This document shows positions 56,603 through 64,000 of a DNA stretch of 64,000 nucleotides, piece after piece. Numbering within the stretch: the stretch's first letter is position 1; the number at the start of each line of letters is the position of its first letter. Location of the stretch: positions 3,243 to 67,242 of the forward strand of contig JAERTG010000114.1 of NCBI GenBank assembly GCA_016845065.1, given 5' to 3'. Under the pieces are notes generated by a model, which saw nothing but the letters and a program-made list of their open reading frames with translations, was not told the DNA's origin and ran no database searches. A program made the translations under genes and the position numbers. The stretch comes from Fidelibacterota bacterium (GTDB lineage Bacteria; Fidelibacterota; UBA8477; JABMPR01).

Positions 56603-57720
56603 TGTTGAATAACCTTATTATACAATTTCACTAAATTTTCTTCCTGACCATACCAATTATAATAGTCTTGAACAGCTTCGGAGCCATTAGCTCCGTACTC
56701 ATTTACCAATTCATCATTTGCTCCAAGTCTATTTATAACCCCTGAAATATTATCAAAATCCTCAGGATCTACAGACACACCTGCTTGATGTTTAATTACA
56801 ATATTTTCCCATGTTGGGAAGTTTGAGCAAACAACTGGAATTGAATTCATCATATATTCAAACAACTTCGTCAATTCCTTTTCAAAGTAATGGGGACTTT
56901 TTGGAAATATAGCCAGACCCGCAGTCCAATAATATTGATGGTAATACTCCTGTAAAAGAGTAGGATCAACAAATTCATCCGTATAAGGGATAATTAATCT
57001 ATGTGCTTCAGATCCTAAGTTTTGATGCAAATCCTTTGATAGTTCACTTGAAATTCTGCCCACGAGGTGAACCCTTACATTACTATTCAGTCTTACAAGC
57101 TCACTATAAATGTTAAGACCACGTTCAATCGAAACGTTCCCAGTATATATTAATTCCAAGAACTCAGTTTTTCCAGCAACTGGGTTTTCATAAACTTTAT
57201 CAACTATTGGATAATTGAGGACTTCCGTTGAATTTGGAAAGTATCTCTTATAATACTTTTCAGCAATTATTAGAGGTAGCCTTCTAGAGGCAAATAGTTC
57301 AGCCCTTCTAACAAGACTCGCGAGAACTAATTTAACCATTCGGTTCTTTCGCGGATTGCCTCTCTCTATCAAACCTGTAAAATTGTCCTCATGCACATCA
57401 TAGATCAAACAAGTTTTTTTTAAAAGGTAATGCAGTAGTATACCTGATGGAAGTAGTTCCGGATCATGGAATTGGACAACAGTGGGGCGTAATTTAACAA
57501 GTCTGTACACTGCTACGAACTGATTCAGTATATATCGTTTAATTTTATTTGTTGATCTTTTAAGTTGATATGTTTTGTTAGCCAAATTCTCTTCATTCCT
57601 ACCATGAGCAACCATGAAGTAGACATCATACCCAGCCTTTTTTGCTCCCTCAATTTCCTTATAATAGATCCGATTATCATTAGGAAAGTGTGAGGTACTA
57701 ATATGAACAATGGATTTCAT
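56599..57720 (-). CDS. GT-B fold glycosyltransferase (GT4-like)
   Basis: Length, the C-terminal E-x7-E-like region (EKELTKLFEYMMNSIPVV) and its position in the polysaccharide locus. 4-nt overlap with the next gene. Confidence 0.65.
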   Translation of the reverse strand: MKSIVHISTSHFPNDNRIYYKEIEGAKKAGYDVYFMVAHGRNEENLANKTYQLKRSTNKIKRYILNQFVAVYRLVKLRPTVVQFHDPELLPSGILLHYLLKKTCLIYDVHEDNFTGLIERGNPRKNRMVKLVLASLVRRAELFASRRLPLIIAEKYYKRYFPNSTEVLNYPIVDKVYENPVAGKTEFLELIYTGNVSIERGLNIYSELVRLNSNVRVHLVGRISSELSKDLHQNLGSEAHRLIIPYTDEFVDPTLLQEYYHQYYWTAGLAIFPKSPHYFEKELTKLFEYMMNSIPVVCSNFPTWENIVIKHQAGVSVDPEDFDNISGVINRLGANDELVNEYGANGSEAVQDYYNWYGQEENLVKLYNKVIQH

Positions 57721-59013
57721 TTATTGGGCAGCAATACTTATTATGGTTAAAATCACTATGCTAGCTGAAACCAAATAGATTATCTGATCTTTTTTGAAAA
57801 TTATTTTCTTATGCAAACTGTATATAGATGCGAAATAGATCAAGACATATACAATGAGTAAGTAAACGAGTAATAAATAGGTCTCAAAACCAGTTGACCA
57901 TGAATAGATAAGTACCATGCTGGCGGAAGCAAAAATACTGATAATATAGATCGCACTATTTATACTCCTCGCTTGCAATGCATCAACCGTTCCCCTCACA
58001 AGTTCGGTCGAGAGCATAAATGGCATGCAAAATGAAAGAATTTTCAAATCAAGAGCATAAGCGGTCACATCCACTCCAATCCACAAATGTATGGCTGGTC
58101 CCATTAGGAAGTACAAAATGCCCATCAAGAGTGGACCTGCAATCAAAGCTACCATATTAATCATCCACACTTCATCTCTCACATCAAGCCTTCCCTGTTT
58201 CAGCATCTCTGAAAACCTTGGTAATACCATAACATTTACCGGCCCTGCAAGCATAATCACCAGCCTTAGGATAGTGAGGGCTGCTCCCCAAACAGCAATT
58301 CTTTCTATATCCTCAATTACCTTTAAATAGACTATGGGTAATGCTGCAATAAAAATTTGGGATACGAACATGGGGTAGCGCTGTAGTCCATATCTGATTA
58401 GTCGCCCGATACTGTATTCCTTATGGATCGCATCACTATCGTTTCTAGGTAGATGAGTTGTCAGTATCCGTGTAAGCGTATAGGTATTGTCAAAAAATGA
58501 TAGTGAAAAGATAAATAGGAAGTAGTGTGGCAATGATTGGGTGATAATTAAACCAACCACCGGATAAATAAACATATTTTTGCAGTGTTGAAGTGCTGCT
58601 TTCTTGAAATTTTGCTGAGCTCGGATAATGGAGAAAGTGAGGGTATTATATGCAAGGGTAAGCGAAAAAAGCAGAAACGAGACAAAGCCAATTGAGTCGG
58701 GCTCAAACAATCCCAACTTTAGAATTACGAACCCAACCAGAAGATTGGCAAAGAGGGTAGTGAAGAAAACCAGTTTAATGGCATCAGTAAACACTTTGAG
58801 TTGCTTAACTTTTGGGTAAAAGAAGGGAATACTGAGATTAGCGCCAACTAACTGAATACTCAGCATTGTGGTAATTATTCGCTTAATAAAAATATAATTA
58901 CTCAAATCGTTTATGGAATACATGCGTGGAATCAGAGCATTTATCGTGATGGCAGCTAATGCAACTAATCCATTAGCAACAAGTAGATAGGAATATTGCT
59001 TACGGAGTGCCAT
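57721..59013 (-). CDS. Wzx-like oligosaccharide flippase (MOP superfamily)
   Basis: 430-aa polytopic protein with about 12 hydrophobic segments, located between the glycosyltransferase and polymerase-like genes. Confidence 0.6.
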   Translation of the reverse strand: MALRKQYSYLLVANGLVALAAITINALIPRMYSINDLSNYIFIKRIITTMLSIQLVGANLSIPFFYPKVKQLKVFTDAIKLVFFTTLFANLLVGFVILKLGLFEPDSIGFVSFLLFSLTLAYNTLTFSIIRAQQNFKKAALQHCKNMFIYPVVGLIITQSLPHYFLFIFSLSFFDNTYTLTRILTTHLPRNDSDAIHKEYSIGRLIRYGLQRYPMFVSQIFIAALPIVYLKVIEDIERIAVWGAALTILRLVIMLAGPVNVMVLPRFSEMLKQGRLDVRDEVWMINMVALIAGPLLMGILYFLMGPAIHLWIGVDVTAYALDLKILSFCMPFMLSTELVRGTVDALQARSINSAIYIISIFASASMVLIYSWSTGFETYLLLVYLLIVYVLIYFASIYSLHKKIIFKKDQIIYLVSASIVILTIISIAAQ

Positions 59014-60400
59014 GGAATAGTTGCTTTTTATTCAGATAAAAGAGGAAGGCCAACCAAACAATGAGACCTCTGGTAATATATAAAATTGTAAAATTTGAAC
59101 TGAAGAACCCAAATGTGAAAATGGGTACAGCAATGGCAACACCAATAATATATTTCAGATCTATTGAGTATTTGGAAGCGTTGACCATCGCTGCATAAGT
59201 TAAGTGCAATATGAAGCCAAAGAATAAATGTGCGATTAGAACACCGTAAATGCCAAAATCAGCCCAGTAATTCCCCATGTAAATAGCATTCGCAAAACCA
59301 GTCGTAGTCGGATTATTCCACCATATCTTCATCACATAATTTGAAACGGGAAAAGTGCCTTCAACATGTAGCCAGGAAAACAATTGGCTAGACCTTCCCA
59401 ACAAAAACTCATGAATTTGTGGAAATATGATGAAGTACCATGACAGAGCTTGTGCTGGCATAATAAATAATCGAAGGAGGAGCGATAAAAAGATTACCCG
59501 CCATATGTCATCTCTACCAAACTGTAACAAATAATAGATGCTTAATGGAATTATGAAAGAAATCACGATTCCGTATAAGATGAGTTTGACGTTTCGCTTC
59601 TTCCTACTTAGATAGATGGCTACCAGGATGGTGATGAAAAGTGATGCGGCAGGAGCTTTTTCAAGCGTGATTATGTTTACAAAGAAACCATAGCTGAGTA
59701 TCATCGCCCCAATTGCATACCTGGAAAAGGTTTTTTTCTCACGAATATAAAAGGTGGTAATTACTGCGATTATGGGTACCAACAGAGACCTATTCCAGGA
59801 AAAAAGATACTGCTCAATTCTGCTCATGTTAAGTGTTTTAAAGGCTCCCTCTCTCATAAGAGCATATTTAGCAGCATCACCAGGGTTGAATACAAGTTCT
59901 AAAAAAGGTGCAGTTTTGGCTTTTAACATATAGAAGAGGAATAGAATTAGGGAAAACGCGGTAAGACCGTAGAGAAGCCGGACATTTACACTGAGTTCTT
60001 TTTTAGTCTTTTCTTCAACGTAAACCTTCCCAAAGCGAGTTTCCTTGATTGGCGCAAGAATATCTCCAATCAATAAGCCTAATGGGTAAACAAAATAAAA
60101 ACTGACTACAGCAGCAGAATAGTTATCTCTTACCGTCTCTTCAAGTGTACCAGAAATGTAAATCGCAGGAATTGCAATTATTACTGTATAAATTGATAAA
60201 ACTATTGAAGGTAACGACAGGTTAAACAATCCATGATAACCCCAAATATACCTTTTTTTATAAGTAAGCGTTGAGACAAATAATATGCCTACGATTGTAG
60301 CAAAATACGAATTATAATAATCCTCTGGGAGTAAAAATGTGCCCACTGCAATCGTAGTAAATACAAGGACAACAAGAGATTGAATCGGCAAACTACTCAA
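59000..60400 (-). CDS. Wzy-like polysaccharide polymerase (O-antigen ligase-like membrane protein)
   Basis: 466-aa polytopic protein with no soluble domains, in the position expected for a polymerase in a Wzx/Wzy locus. Confidence 0.55.
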   Translation of the reverse strand: MSSLPIQSLVVLVFTTIAVGTFLLPEDYYNSYFATIVGILFVSTLTYKKRYIWGYHGLFNLSLPSIVLSIYTVIIAIPAIYISGTLEETVRDNYSAAVVSFYFVYPLGLLIGDILAPIKETRFGKVYVEEKTKKELSVNVRLLYGLTAFSLILFLFYMLKAKTAPFLELVFNPGDAAKYALMREGAFKTLNMSRIEQYLFSWNRSLLVPIIAVITTFYIREKKTFSRYAIGAMILSYGFFVNIITLEKAPAASLFITILVAIYLSRKKRNVKLILYGIVISFIIPLSIYYLLQFGRDDIWRVIFLSLLLRLFIMPAQALSWYFIIFPQIHEFLLGRSSQLFSWLHVEGTFPVSNYVMKIWWNNPTTTGFANAIYMGNYWADFGIYGVLIAHLFFGFILHLTYAAMVNASKYSIDLKYIIGVAIAVPIFTFGFFSSNFTILYITRGLIVWLAFLFYLNKKQLFHGTP

Positions 60401-60405
60401 CTCTT

Positions 60406-61530
60406 TTATTGATTTGGATAATGGCGTTCTACCTTTCTATAATAATAGATTGTCAGAACACCTAGATAGGCTAGTCCTAATACGAATAAATATTTCATGC
60501 GAGGCGGACCGTACTTCTTTTCAGGTAAATTGGGTTTATCTAATATTTGAATAGTGGGAGTATTCTTTGATTCCTTCAGCTTTGCTTCTTCATATTGCTG
60601 AATCATGAATTTGTATAAAATGGACTGAACTTCAACATTTCTAGTCAAACGTACATACTCAAGGCCTTTTCCCGGGATATTGTCCAAGCCCGGTAAATAA
60701 TCACTTTCATTATTATCATCCTGTTCAATGAATGAAATTTTATCCTCCATCTCCTCTAACTCAATACGTCTCTGTCTTAGTTGAGGGTCACCCCCTGGAA
60801 CTGATCGTTGCAATACATTATATGCGATTTCATTTTTCAAGTATTCGGCTTTTAGGTTGGCGTAAGATTCAATTGATGCCCTCACCTGATCCTCAAAGGC
60901 TATCGTCTTGTACTCTTTCTGGAAAGCTACGAGTGCATTTTCTGCATCAGCTAAATCTTCGATATTTTGCATAAATCTTTGTTCAACTGTTATTCTATGA
61001 TATCTAGCTCTTTCACTTTTATAATATTTGTTTAAGCTGTCGATTTTTGTAAGAACAAATCCAATAATATCCTGTGAGGTTTGCTTACAGCTATCTTCCT
61101 CAAATGCAGGATGGAACCATGAGGTTTCGGTTTCGCAACTTAAATAAATAGTACCTTCCGGTAAAACTTCCAACGAAAGCATTCCATCAACTGCTTCAAG
61201 ACCTTGCTCGATGAAGTCAAATTCTCCTAGCTCCATGATATCAAAGTGACTAATGATTTCTTCCTTTAGAGTCCTACTATCAATAATTGAAACAATTCTA
61301 TTCGTTTCATTATTTGACTCACTACCTAGCAACCCACCAAATGGAAGACTAGACAATGCGCCTGAAATACCAATACTACTATCATCGATAGGGGGAAGGA
61401 GAATTGCGGATGACTTAAAAGATTTTGGGAGTATCAATAAGAATGCTATCGTTAGAATCCCATAGATTATTGATAGTGGAATGAGCCGCTTTAAATCAGC
61501 TTGGACATGTTCCATGAGTAATTTAATCAT
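60406..61530 (-). CDS. Wzz/GumC-like chain-length determinant protein (no kinase domain)
   Basis: N-terminal TM helix with PKSFKSSAILLPP, a long coiled-coil periplasmic region and a C-terminal TM helix. No Walker-type tyrosine kinase segment follows. Confidence 0.7.
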   Translation of the reverse strand: MIKLLMEHVQADLKRLIPLSIIYGILTIAFLLILPKSFKSSAILLPPIDDSSIGISGALSSLPFGGLLGSESNNETNRIVSIIDSRTLKEEIISHFDIMELGEFDFIEQGLEAVDGMLSLEVLPEGTIYLSCETETSWFHPAFEEDSCKQTSQDIIGFVLTKIDSLNKYYKSERARYHRITVEQRFMQNIEDLADAENALVAFQKEYKTIAFEDQVRASIESYANLKAEYLKNEIAYNVLQRSVPGGDPQLRQRRIELEEMEDKISFIEQDDNNESDYLPGLDNIPGKGLEYVRLTRNVEVQSILYKFMIQQYEEAKLKESKNTPTIQILDKPNLPEKKYGPPRMKYLFVLGLAYLGVLTIYYYRKVERHYPNQ

Positions 61531-61550
61531 GCTTAATTCTCATAATTCTA

Positions 61551-62741
61551 TTAGTTAATCGCACTGTATGCTAGGATGAGAGTGCCTAACGTGGAAGCAA
61601 ATTGGAGGATACTAATTTCACCCACTAAAATGTTAATAGTGGATCTACGAACTTCAATTATATCTCCCCTTTGGATAATGACATCCCTTCCACGTAAAAC
61701 GTCTCCATTTTTTCGAATTACTTTCACACCTTTAGTAGCCCCAGCTGGCAATAGTCCACCTGCAAGATGCAGATAATCACTTGAGGTATAGCCGGGAATA
61801 AATTGATAAGATCCTGGGGCAGCAACAAATCCCAAAACATTAATTGGTTGTTCAAAAAGAAATTCTATTTCATCTCCTCCAGTCAAGAGAAAACTATCGT
61901 ATTCGGATGGTGTAACAGTAATGAACTGTGGACCATTAGCTCCAGAACGTATTACTTTAACATTTTCGAGATCAGCGTCTTTTTGAAATTTCACTTGACG
62001 AGAAATAAGAGAAGATAATGTTTCCGCAGCCAAAATTGATCTGTATCCAGCATCTTCCACCGCTCCTCGGATAACGACTACCGACCTGGTTATATTGGAG
62101 TGGGGAACATGAATTTGATCACCATCATTCAATGTTGGATTATTTTTCATATCCCCCTCTGAGAAAAATTTTGAAACATCCACAGTTATAATTGTTCCCA
62201 TTTTATCGGTTATACGAACTTTCCCTAAATCTGCTAATGGATTATGATTGGCCATCGTAACGAGTGTTGAGACTCGCATAACAGGTGTTGACACATAAAA
62301 TCCTGGTTCAGAAACTGCTCCTGTAACGGGAACGGAAAACTCGCGAATTCCTATTAAATCAACTGTTACACGACTCTGCCTGTAATTTTCTTGTATTCTA
62401 TTTCGAATGAGTGCTTTTGCTTCAAATAGGGTTTTTCCAAAAAGTTCTATATTTCCTACCTTGGGAATCAATAGGCTTCCACCTGGAGTGACGATGCCAG
62501 TAAAAGTAATTGTTTCTCCAACTTCAATGCTTATGGAGAACTTATCAGATGGTCCAACCGTAAAAGTAGAATCATCAATTGGAAGCTCTAATGTCACTTG
62601 TTGCACTTGATCTTGTTCAGACAAAGCGACTGGGAGGATACTTTCCTGCGGCTCTTCAGAATTCACTTCAGTAACTCCAAAGCGCTGTGAAAAAAGGGCA
62701 AGTGGAATCAGCAATACGAATAAGATCCTATTTTGCAGCAT
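61551..62741 (-). CDS. polysaccharide export protein (Wza-like, Poly_export plus SLBB repeats)
   Basis: FTVGPSDKFSISI ... GIVTPGGSLLIPKVGNIELFGKTLFEAKALI is the Poly_export signature. Repeated GD-x-I-x-V SLBB-like units follow. Confidence 0.8.
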   Translation of the reverse strand: MLQNRILFVLLIPLALFSQRFGVTEVNSEEPQESILPVALSEQDQVQQVTLELPIDDSTFTVGPSDKFSISIEVGETITFTGIVTPGGSLLIPKVGNIELFGKTLFEAKALIRNRIQENYRQSRVTVDLIGIREFSVPVTGAVSEPGFYVSTPVMRVSTLVTMANHNPLADLGKVRITDKMGTIITVDVSKFFSEGDMKNNPTLNDGDQIHVPHSNITRSVVVIRGAVEDAGYRSILAAETLSSLISRQVKFQKDADLENVKVIRSGANGPQFITVTPSEYDSFLLTGGDEIEFLFEQPINVLGFVAAPGSYQFIPGYTSSDYLHLAGGLLPAGATKGVKVIRKNGDVLRGRDVIIQRGDIIEVRRSTINILVGEISILQFASTLGTLILAYSAIN

Positions 62742-62743
62742 AT

Positions 62744-64000
62744 TTATTTTGCTCCTAATTTCACAATATTTTTCTCAGTTATCCCCGCAGTAGCATTCCT
62801 TGTATCTACAATGAGTTTGGAGTTCTCCACAATAGCTTCAATATCATACTCAGAATGATTGGTCGTGATAACCACACAATCATATTGACCTAATGTGGAG
62901 TGATCAAGTTCTACAGTGGATTCCATCCTAGAGTCAAATTTGATCTCATCAACATAAGGGTCATGGAAACTCACCTTGGCACCCTTGGCTTCCAGAAGTG
63001 CGTATACATCCAGGGCAGGTGATTCTCTCACATCATCAATATCAGGCTTATAAGCCATACCCAGGAGCAGGATGTGAGATCCATTGATACTCCTCGCCAT
63101 TCCATTCAAGCCATCTGCTACCAGATCAACAACATACTCAGGCATGGAAGCATTGATCTCACTGGCCAACTCAATAAAGCGAGCCTTGTAGTCAAGAGTT
63201 CTCATCTTCCACGAGAGATAGTGAGGGTCAATAGGAATACAGTGACCGCCCAATCCAGGACCAGGGGTGAACTTCATAAAGCCAAAAGGCTTCGTAGCAG
63301 CAGCATCAATCACTTCCCAGACATTGACACCCAGCTTGGCACACATAATGGCCATCTCATTGGCCAGACCAATATTGATACTCCTAAACGTGTTCTCTAA
63401 GAGTTTGGTTAGCTCAGCAGCCTCTGGTGAAGAGACAGGGACGAGTTTATCCATAACATGACCATAGACAGCCATACCCAATTTGAGACAGTTCTCTGTA
63501 ACACCACCGATAACCTTAGGTGTATTTGTCGTATGAAAGGTTGGATTACCTGGGTCTACTCTCTCAGGTGAGAAGAGCAGAAACACATCTGTACCTACCT
63601 TCAGTCCTGATGCTTCCAGCGCAGGCTGGAGGAGTTCACGGGTAGTACCAGGATAGGTGGTACTTTCAAGTACAATGACCAGATTTTTGTGAACATACTT
63701 GATCAGCTCTTTGTTCACATCAAGGATATAGGTGATATCAGGATCTTTGGTCTTACTCAGGGGTGTTGGGACGGCTATACAGATGGCATCGATGTGTTTG
63801 ATACTTGAGAAGTCTGTAGTGGCAGTGAAGGTACCTGCTTCAACCAGGGACTTGAGTTCGGCATCATCCACATCCTGGATGTAGTTATCACCAGCATTCA
63901 ACTGATCTACTCTGGACTGGTTCACATCAATACCGATGGTACGGATACCAGCATTACCAAATTCAACAGCTAATGGCAGACCTACATAACCCAGACCCAC
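62744..64000 (-). CDS. UDP-sugar / nucleotide-sugar 6-dehydrogenase (UDP-N-acetyl-hexosamine dehydrogenase-like), N-terminus cut by the window edge
   Basis: GLGYVGLPLAVEF Rossmann start, the catalytic GGHCIPIDP motif and the C-terminal UDPG_MGDP_dh domain. The ORF is open at nt 64000. Confidence 0.88.
   Translation of the reverse strand: MGLGYVGLPLAVEFGNAGIRTIGIDVNQSRVDQLNAGDNYIQDVDDAELKSLVEAGTFTATTDFSSIKHIDAICIAVPTPLSKTKDPDITYILDVNKELIKYVHKNLVIVLESTTYPGTTRELLQPALEASGLKVGTDVFLLFSPERVDPGNPTFHTTNTPKVIGGVTENCLKLGMAVYGHVMDKLVPVSSPEAAELTKLLENTFRSINIGLANEMAIMCAKLGVNVWEVIDAAATKPFGFMKFTPGPGLGGHCIPIDPHYLSWKMRTLDYKARFIELASEINASMPEYVVDLVADGLNGMARSINGSHILLLGMAYKPDIDDVRESPALDVYALLEAKGAKVSFHDPYVDEIKFDSRMESTVELDHSTLGQYDCVVITTNHSEYDIEAIVENSKLIVDTRNATAGITEKNIVKLGAK

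Noticed and set aside
1-64000. CRISPR arrays, IS elements/transposases, tRNA or rRNA genes, toxin-antitoxin pairs and known defence systems
   Set aside because: My scan of intergenic regions found none longer than about 320 nt apart from the tmRNA locus (1042-1751), and the ORF products showed none of these. The only direct repeat I saw is the 24-nt-period in-frame duplication at 33315-33362.

Overview
This is a 64 kb chromosomal segment with about 60 genes, most of them on the minus strand. It probably comes from an FCB-superphylum bacterium. The evidence is a tmRNA tag ending in NYALAA, two PNPFN-type C-terminal sorting domains, a receptor-like fragment next to a DUF4249-like gene, and an 11-subunit nuo operon. 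Clear GGAG-type Shine-Dalgarno sites argue against classical Bacteroidia, and the phylum cannot be resolved from sequence alone.

Content in order:
- An outer-membrane receptor fragment, a DUF4249-like lipoprotein, tmRNA, a secreted M3 oligoendopeptidase and an orphan prepilin-type gene.
- A complete nuoABCDHIJKLMN operon with no nuoEFG.
- NADP-malic enzyme, then an Rrf2 / divergent transketolase-family / aminotransferase operon.
- An M1 peptidase with a sorting domain, then a small Cys protein with a ferritin-like protein.
- PFOR (nifJ) with a PyrD-like gene.
- A tightly coupled envelope operon of a lipoprotein, a beta-barrel protein and a sorting-domain cargo.
- Yip1, an S8 protease with a dockerin, DsbD, patatin, cyclophilin, an MBL hydrolase, GNAT, ProDH and a CoA-binding protein.
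- NadK, XseBA, a 31-aa basic micro-ORF, HU, SppA, an MltD-like protein, DUF2851, PlsC and SerS.
- A Wzx/Wzy-type polysaccharide locus with an AT-rich variable core.

I saw no rRNA, tRNA, CRISPR array, transposase, integrase or obvious defence system. I could not identify an unambiguous new system. The best candidates for follow-up are:
- The roughly 150-aa disordered tail on NuoI, in an EFG-less complex I.
- The lipoprotein / barrel / cargo operon.
- The Rrf2-controlled divergent transketolase plus aminotransferase pair.
- The unannotated bS22-like micro-ORF.

All homology statements rest on motif recognition by eye, not on database searches.
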